DNA of 64,000 nt from Paramoeba atlantica (Eukaryota; Protista; Discosea): contig CDRNVI010000009.1 in NCBI GenBank assembly GCA_977017575.1, positions 434,001 to 498,000 on the forward strand, read 5' to 3'. The first letter of the stretch is position 1; the number at the start of each line of letters is the position of its first letter. The position numbers and the translations under genes are program-made. The notes beneath the pieces are model-generated. The model ran no database searches, was not told the DNA's origin, and saw only the letters and a program-made list of their open reading frames with translations. Positions 20,369 through 30,927 of the stretch are shown here, piece after piece.

Positions 20369-21769
20369 ATGAGATCCCAACGTTTGCGGGATCCTCAGGA
20401 GCCGAGCCAGGACCGTGATCGCTCTCCAAAGCGTGACCGGGCGCCAACACCGGTTGAAACCTCCTCTTTTGCCCGTTCGAAACGCCAGTCTCTTTCATGT
20501 CCTCCCGTGCGCCCCCCTCTCCCTCCTCTTCCCACGCAGCCGGCTCCGCAGGTATCCGCGCGACCTCCTCCTGTTCCCCCTACCCCTGGACCGGCGCGTC
20601 GCAAGGTACGCCCTTCAGGAAGAGCACTCAGCCCCGCCCGCGAACCGCCTAGCCCTCTCCCTTCCAACCTCCCCAGTTTGCCGGCGAGCTCCCTCCCTAG
20701 CCCGTATCCATTTCCGCTGGAGGCTCCGGAGCCCCATGTTCGACGTAGAGGAACCCTCAACCCTGACCAGGTTGAGGCTTCTCGCTCGCCGCGCCGTTAC
20801 GAGGCCCTCGACCTTGACCACGTCGGGATGCCTCAGCGTTCACGCTGTGATGCGCGTGGGATAATGACACAATCTAGCAAAGAAGAATTCATCACGAAAG
20901 TGATTGAGCTTCTGCGCAAAGACTATGAGGTCACCGTTGAAGCTGTATGGTCTCTTCCCCGGGATGGCCTACGGCAGACGGTTATAGGGTTGGTGCATAT
21001 GACGCACCCAAAGGACCCTAACTCAACTGAGTTGTTCGCCGAGTGGGATGGGGACAAGAACACTGCCTACCGTTTTCCCCATCCCGAGATCAACTACCAC
21101 TCTTTGGAACTGGCCCATGTTCGGGCGCAGATGCCGGGTGGGAAACCAGTTGAAGATCTGATCCCCACGTTTGAACGCGTCCGTATTACGGACCCGAAAG
21201 GCTTCTCCCCCTACGATCCGGTTACTTGGCAACCGTGGATCGACACGGATGATTTGTTCAAGCCACGTGAACTCATCCGTGAGCTGCGCGAAGCTCCGCA
21301 GCTTGGGGTACGCTTCAACCCGCCGCCGCAGCGTGAGCGCCTGTTCAAAATGTTAACTGAATGGGTGTACGCTGCGTGTAATACGGAGGGATGGCTAGAG
21401 AAGCACAACCTCGCCGTAGCCCTTCTCATCATCGAAGAGCTTCGCAACCATTATTGGGCTGCGGCGGGCGTTGCTGTCGAGCGTGTGCAACAGCGTTTGC
21501 ACCGTGACGACGATCCTCAGGACCGTTACGGTCAGCTCGTTGTGGATGAGCAACTGAGGGGCCGAACCGCTACGCGTGCTCCCCGACGACGCAGCCAAGG
21601 ACCTTTCTGTTTTGGCTGCCATCAGCCAGGCCACCTACGATCGAACTGCCTCCAATCGTCCCAACAGCAGGGGGGGCAGTTCCGTACCCAGTGCACCCCG
21701 CAACAGGATTTTCGCGGCGGGGTGGTGGGCGGCGCCAACCGTTACGGCGCAACACGGGCTTTCCACTAG
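20369..21769 (+). CDS. gag: V1 Gag-like protein with CCHC knuckle (ATG at 20369)
   Basis: CFGCHQPGHLRSNC. Middle region resembles V2 Gag (FPH..Y, ELREAP). Confidence 0.85.
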   Translation: MRSQRLRDPQEPSQDRDRSPKRDRAPTPVETSSFARSKRQSLSCPPVRPPLPPLPTQPAPQVSARPPPVPPTPGPARRKVRPSGRALSPAREPPSPLPSNLPSLPASSLPSPYPFPLEAPEPHVRRRGTLNPDQVEASRSPRRYEALDLDHVGMPQRSRCDARGIMTQSSKEEFITKVIELLRKDYEVTVEAVWSLPRDGLRQTVIGLVHMTHPKDPNSTELFAEWDGDKNTAYRFPHPEINYHSLELAHVRAQMPGGKPVEDLIPTFERVRITDPKGFSPYDPVTWQPWIDTDDLFKPRELIRELREAPQLGVRFNPPPQRERLFKMLTEWVYAACNTEGWLEKHNLAVALLIIEELRNHYWAAAGVAVERVQQRLHRDDDPQDRYGQLVVDEQLRGRTATRAPRRRSQGPFCFGCHQPGHLRSNCLQSSQQQGGQFRTQCTPQQDFRGGVVGGANRYGATRAFH

Positions 21770-24631
21770 GAAATGCCCCCCACCCCAATCACTGCTCGTG
21801 CCCGTCGTCCCAGGCGACGACGGGTGGATTTTCATACACCTGTTCCCTCTCCGTCCCTCCGCCAGCGCGAAAGACGGCCACGCGTGCGTGGCAATACTCC
21901 TCCTCCACGCCCTCTCTCCCCGTTACGGCTACGACGTCGCAGCGTCTCTCTTCCGGCACTTCCTCTCCCCCGGCTCACCGTTCCTCCCAAACCCGCCGCC
22001 GCCAAACCCGCCGCCGTCGTAACCGCCGACGCCGCACAGCCGCCAGGAAAACACCGCAAGCAGCTGCTCGAGGCCATTCTGAGGATGCCCGCCGACGATC
22101 CTCGCGCCACCCAGTTGGGCGAGGCGCTCCAACCCATGTGGTCAACGGCCGCGTGGGCCACAAGGGAGCGACTGTGGTTCCGCCTGCGCGAGTATTGCCA
22201 GGCGAAGGGAATCACCGCGAATCCTGCAAACGCGGTGCTCTTCCTGGAGACTCTGCCTCTCGCTACCTCGACGCGCATGGGGTACGCAGGGGCATTGAGG
22301 ACTCTGTTCGAGCTCATGGGAATCGAAGGTACCCCATTGAGTCTCTACGTAAAGGCCCTGCAAGCGCAGGGGGGGCTAGAACCCACGCGGCAGATGCTAC
22401 CAATCACGCCACTTCTTCTAAAGAAGCTGAGACGTCATCTCGACGTAAAGGAGAGCATGTGTTGCCTCCTGTGTTGGAAAGCCGCTGCGAGATGGACCGA
22501 GACCGCCGACCTGAGGCGGGAGCAGTTCGTGAGTGTGGCCAGTCACGAGGTAATCATTTATTGGGGCAGGGGGACAAAGACAACCCGTCTGAATCCTTAC
22601 TGGCCGTACCTCTACGCGATAGTGACTGGCCCGGGGACACCCGAACTGGCTCAGTTTGTGGGAAGTTTGAGACCAGGCCAGCGCCTGTGTTACACGACGG
22701 TCCGGGAGATGGACCACAGGATGAATCAACTTCTCGGTCCCGGGTATGGAACACATTCCATAAAAAGAGGTGCAATTACTTACCTATTCCACGAGATCTC
22801 CCTCGGGAATCTCAGGATGGAGGACGTCCAGAACCTCACGAAACACCTCAACGTCGAATCACTGTTGCGCTACAACGCAAGCAGTATTACAACGGCAAGG
22901 GCTCTCGGGACGCAGAGAGTCTCAGCACTTCTCCCAGTGCTGTAACCTCGGAGCACGTGGCAAAGTGCTTCGAGGAAGTGCCTTACCTTCGCAGGCACTC
23001 CGTTGTTTGTGCACGCCGCTCTTCACGGCTAGCCAAGGCACACGACGCTCACCTACCTTTGCACGTTAAGAAGTCGATACCTGTTATCCATTTGGATCAG
23101 GTTAAGGAGTTGATGAGTATGTCAGCTGCCACTCGTTTTCGCAAGGTAGTGGATGAATTATTATGGGTACCTAAAGCCCCGTACCCCGAACCTAGTGTGA
23201 AAGGTTCATTGCCTGAGGCGGACGTCCGATTGTTGGAGGACGCAGGCATAATCTCCAAGGTCCCGGCGCAGGAGTTGAGAAAGCGCCCATCGATGCAGTT
23301 CATGATTCCCTTCACGGTTGTGGAGACCGATGATGAGGGCAATCAGCGCAGAAGATTTATTTCATGGACAAGGGACGATAACGATAGATTAAAATCATAT
23401 GAACCACAGGTCCCATTATATCATCCCTCCAAGTATCTTCATAAGGCGCACGAGCCGATGGCTGTGAAGCGGGACTTCACATGCGGGTTTTACCAGATTG
23501 GTATCCCGAAGAGGGCGCGGCCCAAATTCCGCCTTAGAACGAACAGTGGAGACGTGTATGAGATGAAACGTCCTTCCGATGGGCCATAGGTGTGCACCGG
23601 AGGTTATGCACACGGTTACCGCCGCGATTGCTGGCGAGGCGTCGATTTGTTCTCAGCGCTACTCGTTTCACCGAGGCGCTATCGACGTTTATGTTGACGG
23701 AGTTCGGTTTGCAGGAACCGACTCCGAGGCCACCACGTACGCTCAATTCATTGACGAGCGTTGCGACAAAGCGAACGGTCTTTTCAAAGATCGGGGTCAG
23801 CCCCCTGTAGCACAGTACGTGTTCAATGGGGTGGCGTTCGACCATAACGCGCATACGGTCTGCCTGGGGCCGCGAGTGATCAGGAAACTGCGAGCCGACT
23901 CTTTCTTCAACATTTCCTTTGTTGACCTAGAGGCGGTGGTGGGGCGCCTCATTTATGGCTCCGCAGTTCTCCGACTCAATATGCCGCGATTTTATTTCGC
24001 TTTGAAGGTGGCGCAACGGCGTATCAACGTGTTGAACCGTTGCCCGAAGTTATGTGACCGTCCGGTCGCACTCCCTGTCGTCACTCGCTCCATGCTAGCA
24101 GAGTGGAGAAACGAGTTGTTGGAGAATGTTCCACGGTCTCCACCTCCCCATCCCGATGTTGTTCCACACAAGCATCGTCTCTACACCGATGCCTCGGTGA
24201 AAGGGTGGGGAGCGATTATGTATTTAGACAGCGGAGAGGTTTTGATTACGGGAGAGGCGTGGCCTGAGTCATCCTCGTATGAGGTGAATCGTGCGGAAGC
24301 TGCAGCAGTCCGCTTAGCCCTCGAGAAGTTTTCCGCGCATTGCCCCCGTGGAACCTGCTTGGATATTTTTGTTGACAACACCTCCTGTCAGGCTGCACTG
24401 AACAGGAGGATCTCCAAGTCAAAGGGGGTTTCAATGGAATTGCGCGAAGTCCTGCGACTGACAGAGGAGAAAGGTATTTGTGTCAAGGCAGCGTATATAT
24501 CCACGGATGAGAACCCGGCGGATGCTGTCAGTCGCGGGAAGGAGATTGAGATGGAGAAGGTCGAGAGATACGAAGGTAAGATCGAGAGAGACATTAGTAA
24601 GGTAGGCAGTCATATTCAGAGAAAGCCCTAA
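21691..24631 (+). pseudogene. pol: V1 copy 1 RT/RNase H frame, broken by a 1-nt insertion near 23567
   Basis: atgaaacgtcc here versus atgaacgtcc in the intact copies 2 and 3. Could be a sequencing error. Confidence 0.85.
21773..22945 (+). CDS. V1 tyrosine recombinase (390 aa)
   Basis: WKAAARW, TKT, GTHSIKRGA, TKHLNVESLLRY (R-K-H-R-H-Y set). Confidence 0.9.
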   Translation: MPPTPITARARRPRRRRVDFHTPVPSPSLRQRERRPRVRGNTPPPRPLSPLRLRRRSVSLPALPLPRLTVPPKPAAAKPAAVVTADAAQPPGKHRKQLLEAILRMPADDPRATQLGEALQPMWSTAAWATRERLWFRLREYCQAKGITANPANAVLFLETLPLATSTRMGYAGALRTLFELMGIEGTPLSLYVKALQAQGGLEPTRQMLPITPLLLKKLRRHLDVKESMCCLLCWKAAARWTETADLRREQFVSVASHEVIIYWGRGTKTTRLNPYWPYLYAIVTGPGTPELAQFVGSLRPGQRLCYTTVREMDHRMNQLLGPGYGTHSIKRGAITYLFHEISLGNLRMEDVQNLTKHLNVESLLRYNASSITTARALGTQRVSALLPVL

Positions 24632-24797
24632 GGGACAGGATCACCAAATACAAAAAAAAAAAACAAAGACAAAAAAAAAAAAAAAAAAAAAGCGGACGGG
24701 GTCCTGGGGTTTGGAGGTTGTCCCTATAATTTTGGAAGGTTATGGATGTTAATCGGTTAACAGCTCTTTATTCTCACGCCTTGTTTTTTCGGAAGCA

Positions 24798-27537
24798 GGG
24801 TTCGGAAGCAAAAGTCCGTGTCCGATTACCACGCCTTCTTTGGATATTAAACCGATCACCGCAACCGAAGAGGACATCATTACGGCGCTTTCCAGCTTTC
24901 ACCGAGGTTCCTCAGGGGGAGCTCTCGGACTTCGGCCTGAGCACCTACAAGTAGCAGTGCAATTCCATCACGACGCCAGGACAGATCCGCTCGGTACGCT
25001 CACGAAACTTATTAGTCATATGCTAGCGGGCAAAGTACCACTTGAAGTCCAACACTGCTTCGCCGGCGGACGCTTATGTGCTTTACACAAGGGTCAGGGT
25101 GATGTCCGCCCCATTGCCGCAGGGGAAACCTTCCGCCGACTAGCGAGCAAGATAGGATGTCTGTCTGCAAAGGCTAAATCCAGAACGCTCTTCAAAGATC
25201 AACAATACGGAGTGGCGACGCCCGCAGGAGCCGAGCGTGTTATCCACATTTGCAGGCGCCTGGTTGCGCACCACATCAATAACGAGGATTTTGTGCTATG
25301 CAAGGTTGACCTTCGCAACGCTTTCAATCACATTTCAAGAAATAGCTTTATGGCCTTGACACGGCATCATTTCCCTGAGTTGAGCCCGTTCGTGGAATGG
25401 TGCTACAGTTCGGACAGTAACCTGACATTCGGCGCACGTGTAGTTCAATCCTCTGAAGGCGTACAACAAGGAGACCCGCTCGGACCCCTTTTGTTCTCGC
25501 TCGTCATGAGAGAAATGGCCGCAGAAATTAAGGCCGGAGCTCCTGATCTTCATCTCAATCTCTGGTACCTTGATGATGGCGTCCTTGCAGGCCAGGCTTC
25601 TGATGTACGTCACGCACTAGATATCATCGAAATTGGAGGGCCAAAGTGGGGTCTGAACCTCAATCCGTCCAAGTGCGAAATAATCACACACCCTTCCTCA
25701 TCTCATCAAACTACCCACTTTCCTGACATTCCCGGGCTCAACATCAACATGGAAGGTAATCTGAGCATCTTGGGAAGCCCCATCGGATCTACGACGTACA
25801 GCCGTCAGTTCCTCCTCGACAGCGCGATTTCCCAGGCGGAGGAATCCCTTGAAGCGATCGAGAAACTGGAGGACCCTCAGGTCGCTTTCTCTCTCATCCG
25901 ACAGTGCACAGGGTTTTGCCAGATGGTTTACTCCCTTCGCACGACGCCGACGGACGAACTACTGGACTTATGTCGCAGACTCGACAACGCCGTTCAGCGT
26001 ACGGTTGAAACGTTTTGTCGCCCACTGAGTGACATGGCTCGACGACAAGCACAAAGAAATAAACAGTTCGGCGGTCTCGGCCTTCGCTCAGCGGAAATGC
26101 ATGCCACCTCAGCGTACGTAGCTTCAGTAGCTTTCGCTTCCGACAAGGATCGATGGGATGCAAATGAGGCTGAGGGCTTTTCTTACGCCGTGGAGGACAT
26201 TAACCGGCGTGTAGGGGGGTGTATGGTGGACAAATCTACCGGGAAAATCCACAAGGACTCCGTCATAAAGAGATGCCCCTTCTCGCCCTCCCCCGATATT
26301 GACCTTTCTCAAGATTTGGCGATTCCTCGACAACGCGATCTCAGTCATGCGATTTCAGCGAGAGACTTTGAGGAAGATTACGCAAGAGCGGATCCCCGCA
26401 CTCGGGCTAGGTGGCTCTCACAAACGGGCGACGGGGCATCCAACTGGGCCTTCACGGTTCCCTCGACTCTCTGCGGTCATGCCTACACCCCTACTGAATT
26501 TCGGACTCTGATTCGTTGGTGGCTCGGGGAGAGTATATACCCTCAAGGTCACAACTGCCCGATTCCGAATTGTCGCCTCCCACTCGGCCCTGGGGGGGAC
26601 CATGCGCTAGCCTGCAAGTGCGGCCACGGAATCATTACAAGGCACAACGCCCTAGCGGAACAGTTCTCCGCTGAATGCAGCAAGGCCGGGTTGAGCCCAC
26701 AGAGAGAAGTCTCTCTGGGAAACAGGGGTCCGGGCGGCGCCCTCACGCGACCCGCAGATGTCTATGTCCGGAACGGTGGTCTCGGTCAGGCCCTCGTCCT
26801 TGATTTCGCTGTCACACATGTTCAGCAACAAAAGTATACGGACCTGGTCCGTGATGCTAACATGGTGGCAGCCGGGTCATTCGCCGAGAGGTACGCCGTC
26901 GAACACAAGCGGAAGCAACGGGAGGAAGCTGAAGAAACGAAGACCAAGTTCACAGCTATGGCTGTCGAAACATACGGATGCTGGAGTCCGGCCGCTATGT
27001 CGGTCTTGCGGGAAGTCTCGAAAGGCCAAGCTGCGACCTCAGGTGGAACACTTTCGCAAGGGGGGGCGTTACAGCAAATACTAACAAGTCTGAACGTCAC
27101 CCTCATGCGCTCCCAGGCGCGTATGCTCGTTCTTCGCCTCCCCTCGGCGAACACAGGCCCTGCACTTGTGGGGTATGGCAAAGAAGAGTAAGGAAAACTT
27201 CTGGCCTGGATGTTGGTCGAGTCGACAGAGTCTATGCTCACGCCTAGCCCGCGAGGGCTAGGTACCCCAAGTGAGGTAGTACACGGGTAGTGAATCTCCT
27301 CCCCGTCGGCCAGCATCCTGTTTCGTGACCGTGTCGCTGTCGACACAGGCCCGCTCCTGCGCCCTCCTGTATAACAAGGGAAGGGTTCACAAGTCAGGCC
27401 GTGGAGAGGTCGAAAGACCCGGTCCGGAACGCGCGAATGGATTGGGCATAGATTTCTTGTTTTTATTGTTATTGTTTTTATTGTTCTTATACTTACGGGA
27501 GATCGAATTGCTAGTTTTGGGCTCCAAAAAAAAAAAA
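24798..27537 (+). mobile_element. 5'-truncated CRE-B element in the V1 3' UTR, flanked by a 150-200-bp target duplication
   Basis: Absent from V1b (51930-52160). A-rich tract plus agcggacgggg...cggaagca present on both sides (24651-24797 and 27526-27724). Confidence 0.85.
24840..27191 (+). CDS. CRE-B RT + Zn knuckle + RLE (783 aa, no upstream ATG, 5'-truncated)
   Basis: VRPIAAGETFRRL, VDLRNAFN, GVQQGDPLGPLLF, WYLDDG, ILGSPIG, C..C..DHALAC, RHN, RPADV, LDFAV, MAVETYG. Confidence 0.92.
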   Translation: MDIKPITATEEDIITALSSFHRGSSGGALGLRPEHLQVAVQFHHDARTDPLGTLTKLISHMLAGKVPLEVQHCFAGGRLCALHKGQGDVRPIAAGETFRRLASKIGCLSAKAKSRTLFKDQQYGVATPAGAERVIHICRRLVAHHINNEDFVLCKVDLRNAFNHISRNSFMALTRHHFPELSPFVEWCYSSDSNLTFGARVVQSSEGVQQGDPLGPLLFSLVMREMAAEIKAGAPDLHLNLWYLDDGVLAGQASDVRHALDIIEIGGPKWGLNLNPSKCEIITHPSSSHQTTHFPDIPGLNINMEGNLSILGSPIGSTTYSRQFLLDSAISQAEESLEAIEKLEDPQVAFSLIRQCTGFCQMVYSLRTTPTDELLDLCRRLDNAVQRTVETFCRPLSDMARRQAQRNKQFGGLGLRSAEMHATSAYVASVAFASDKDRWDANEAEGFSYAVEDINRRVGGCMVDKSTGKIHKDSVIKRCPFSPSPDIDLSQDLAIPRQRDLSHAISARDFEEDYARADPRTRARWLSQTGDGASNWAFTVPSTLCGHAYTPTEFRTLIRWWLGESIYPQGHNCPIPNCRLPLGPGGDHALACKCGHGIITRHNALAEQFSAECSKAGLSPQREVSLGNRGPGGALTRPADVYVRNGGLGQALVLDFAVTHVQQQKYTDLVRDANMVAAGSFAERYAVEHKRKQREEAEETKTKFTAMAVETYGCWSPAAMSVLREVSKGQAATSGGTLSQGGALQQILTSLNVTLMRSQARMLVLRLPSANTGPALVGYGKEE

Positions 27538-28059
27538 CAAGACAAGAAAAAAAGAAAAAGAACAAAGACAAGAAAAAAAAGAAAAAAAAACAAAGACAAA
27601 AAAAAAAAAAATAAAAAAGCGGACGGGGTCCTGGGGTTTGGAGGTTGTCCCTATAATTTTGGAAGGTTATGGATGTTAATCGGTTAACAGCTCTTTATTC
27701 TCACGCCTTGTTTTTTCGGAAGCAAGGTTCCCCAATGTGAGGTAGAGATGAGTAAAGGTTTCCTTTGCTCTGCGGTTAGCGCCTTAATGTTTTTTAGCCG
27801 CGTCACTGTTGACACGGCCCTACGCATCACGCCTAGTTGCTCCACACTTCTAGGTACACAAGTTGGTCTAGGGCAGAGGTTAAAAGCGTAACCTGCGTAG
27901 CTCGTGTGAGCTTGTAAAGGGCGTGGCAGTGGACTGGTCATCTATTGCTATCGTTATCCTTTTGTGAGTTCTGGGATGGTATATGAAAAATTATTTTACT
28001 ATGTGATTGGGCATTTCTTTGGTTATTTATATTGATTGTGTGCCGTGTGTGTGGGCAGG

Positions 28060-28729
28060 TTGGCCGAGGGTTCCGGTGGGGGGGAATCCCGTTAACAACG
28101 TGACACATTATTATTGGTTTTATGCAGGCTTTCTTTTGAACTATGTTTGTGCATGTGAATTCTATCTATATATCGTATTATGTGTTCTTTGATTTTGGGA
28201 CGATTTGGAAGTGTGATTATATTAGTCATAGGTATTTACTTATATTTCTTTGTTACTTATAAGTTTCATGGAGCCCCCTCGGCGTGGATTTCTAATAGTC
28301 CACGTTTTGAAATTTAGCCGAGGGGCTGTTATGTATTTGCCTGCTGGCCCTTCGGGGCACATAGTTTCTTCGAATTATGATTTGTATTCAGAATTTTACA
28401 TGGGATGGGTATTTACTATTATCTTATATATCCTTGTTAGGTTGTTATTTTACTTTGCTTTAAGTTTTTGTGCCCACCCACCAAGCCCCCAGCCATTTGG
28501 CCGAGGGTTCCGGTGGGGGGGAATCCCGTTAACAACGTGACACATTATTATTGGTTTTATGCAGGCTTTCTTTTGAACTATGTTTGTGCATGTGAATTCT
28601 ATCTATATATCGTATTATGTGTTCTTTGATTTTGGGACGATTTGGAAGTGTGATTATATTAGTCATAGGTATTTACTTATATTTGTTTGTTACTTATAAG
28701 TTTCATGGAGCCCCCTCGGCGTGGATTTC
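28060..28729 (+). repeat. V1 copy 1 right-end split direct repeats: B1 28060-28292, A2 28293-28521, B2 28497-28729
   Basis: A2 = A1 (20120-20348) and B1 = B2. A and B overlap by 25 nt; period 437. Confidence 0.92.
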
Positions 28730-30180
28730 TGCAATGAAATACTCGTTAGCGACTATCCGGAAAGCAAACGGAAGACGCCGCCGTCGTCGGCCGCTGGACA
28801 TCTTGCAAACGGACTGCGACACGCAATCAGAACACTCGGATTCATCACAGTCACGGAACCTCGTATACAACGGCCCAGATACTGTCTCGGATAAACGCGC
28901 CATCAAGAAAGCAACAAGCCTAGTGATCGACGGCTGCGTCTCAAAAGCAACTCGCCTTCTTGATCAAGAAGTCACACCCAGAACCCTAAACGACACCCAA
29001 ACGATTGAGAAGCTGCGTGCACTTCACCCGGATTTACCTACCATGTTTCAGATGCCATACGACGCCCCAACTACTGCATGCGTCACGCCCAGTGAGATAC
29101 GTGAGGCAGGACGTCGCTTAGCGAAAGGAGCAGCCCCCGGACCCACAGGTACGACAGACTCGATTTTACGAATCCTATTGGACGACGAGGTATGTTGCCT
29201 AAGTTTGTGCCACATGATAACGGACTTAATCAACGGGGAGCTCGCCGAAGAAGTCATGAAACGCATCAAAAGGGCGAGGCTCGTAGCAGTTCCAAAACCA
29301 CAGCAGGGAGTGCGCCCCATTGCGGTGGGCGAGGTTTGGTTAAAGCTAGCAGAAATTGTTCTACTTCAGCGACACGAAAAAAAACTCGTACCCCTCTTTG
29401 CACCTTATCAATTCGGTGTCATGGTGAAATCGGGATGCGAACACATCATACATAAGCTGAATAAGCGTCACGAGAATGGTTGCGCCATACTTACAAGAGA
29501 TTTGAAAAACGCATTCAATTCTCCGTCGCGGGATGAAATCGCTAAGGCTGTTTTTGCTTTCCACGGCCTCCGAGGGTTTTATCGTCTTTTTAATGCGGAA
29601 TACAGGAATCCGTCAGAGCTCCTCTATTATGGCAGTGAGGGTCGGTTGAACAGCATTATAAAAAGTGCGGCGGGAGTACGCCAAGGATCTCCTTTGTCCA
29701 CAATTTTCTTCTGCGCTTTCCTCCAACCCATTCTTGAAACCCTCGCCTCTGAATTCCCGACTCTACGGATCTATGCCTACATTGACGATATCAGCATTGC
29801 GTCAACCGAGCCGGAACTTATCGCAAAAGCTTACTTCCGCCTAAGGGAACTGCTGCTCGAGAAACGAGTGGATATGGCCCCTCAAAAGTGTGTCTGGTTC
29901 GAAGGAACACAAAAAATCCCTCTTCCGAATCCATTACAAGGAGCTGGCGTGGCAACTGAAGCACAAGCGATAAAGGTTCTGGGGGCTTTTGTTGGAGAAC
30001 CAGACATCGTAAGTGAGAAGCTTCTGCAAAAGCTCGAAAAGCACCAAACTATCTTCCGTCGTCTACAGCTTATGGGGGCAAGCAACGTTTCTCTCCTCCT
30101 CCTATCACGCACCTCCTGTCAACGTGCGCCACAGATATCACATTCGCGTCCACCACCCAGACACATCATTGCACCTTACG
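28730..30180 (+). pseudogene. Y RT domain (frameshift near 30110); continues at 54619
   Basis: AAPGPTG, VRPIAVGE, RDLKNAFNS, GVRQGSPLS, YIDD. DTSLHLT|RQFDSRVSD across TSD accttacg. Confidence 0.88.
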
Positions 30181-30205
30181 TTGATTTTTTATTAAATTTT
30201 ATTAA

Positions 30206-30678
30206 ATGGGCATGCTCACGCGTGCCATGGCGAAGAATACGGGGGTAGCTCCCGTTGTTCAATCGCTTCCCCCCACGCGCCGCAAGAAGCTCCCAAAGGA
30301 CCTGCCAGCGCCGCCGCCATCGCCACCCTCACCGCCGCCACCATCGCCGCCGCCATCGCCACCGCATCCTCCGCCGCCGCCTCAATCACAGTCTCCGCCG
30401 CCGCCTCCATCACAGTCGCCACCGCCGCTTACGCAACAGTCACCGCCGCCACCGCCTAACTCCACACCCTCGCCGCCCCCCACCGTCGCCAACTCAAGCA
30501 CTCCAAGCAAAGAATCTCCAGGCAAGAAACCGCTAGGCGAATCACCACGTAGCCAGAAGAAAAGAAGCCATCAACGTATATCTTTTTATGAATTCAAAAA
30601 GAGAATGGATACGAAACAAACGGAAGAAGAGAAAATTAAAGCGCAAGACAAAAGTGATCCTGTACAACACACCCCTCG
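30206..30678 (+). pseudogene. X ORF start (MGMLTRAMAK..., Pro-rich)
   Basis: Same N-terminus as 7902, 15331 and 58949. Confidence 0.82.
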
Positions 30679-30927
30679 TAATAGTCCACGTTTTGAAATT
30701 TAGCCGAGGGGCTGTTATGTATTTGCCTGCTGGCCCTTCGGGGCACATAGTTTCTTCGAATTATGATTTGTATTCAGAATTTTACATGGGATGGGTATTT
30801 ACTATTATCTTATATATCCTTGTTAGGTTGTTATTTTACTTTGCTTTAAGTTTTTGTGCCCACCCACCAAGCCCCCAGCCGTTTGGCCGAGGGTTCCGGT
30901 GGGGGGGCTTTAAGTTTTTGTTTAAGA

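Larger units (their letters stand above)
20120..28729 (+). mobile_element. VIPER-like YR retrotransposon V1 copy 1 with CRE-B passenger
   Basis: A1 (20120-20348), gag, YR, RT/RH, B1-A2-B2. Flanks rejoin as ...RTL|SAMKYSLAT... of Y; no TSD. Confidence 0.92.

Noticed and set aside
26822-27687. Lys/Phe-rich and antisense ORFs over A-rich tracts and Pro-rich regions throughout the window
   Set aside because: Low-complexity or antisense shadows of real element ORFs.
28491-28506. agccatttggccgag resembles the dinoflagellate spliced leader (CCGTAGCCATTTTGGCTCAAG)
   Set aside because: Partial match, absent from the V2 repeat, and inside an element terminal repeat.
28060-28729. The 419-438-bp repeats as a host snRNA or spliced-leader RNA gene array targeted by CRE elements
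   Set aside because: CRE sequences on either side rejoin in frame, so the repeats move with the YR element. Repeat type covaries with YR family and fits A1..B1-A2-B2. No U1, U2, U5 or U6 hallmark or conserved splice donor was found.
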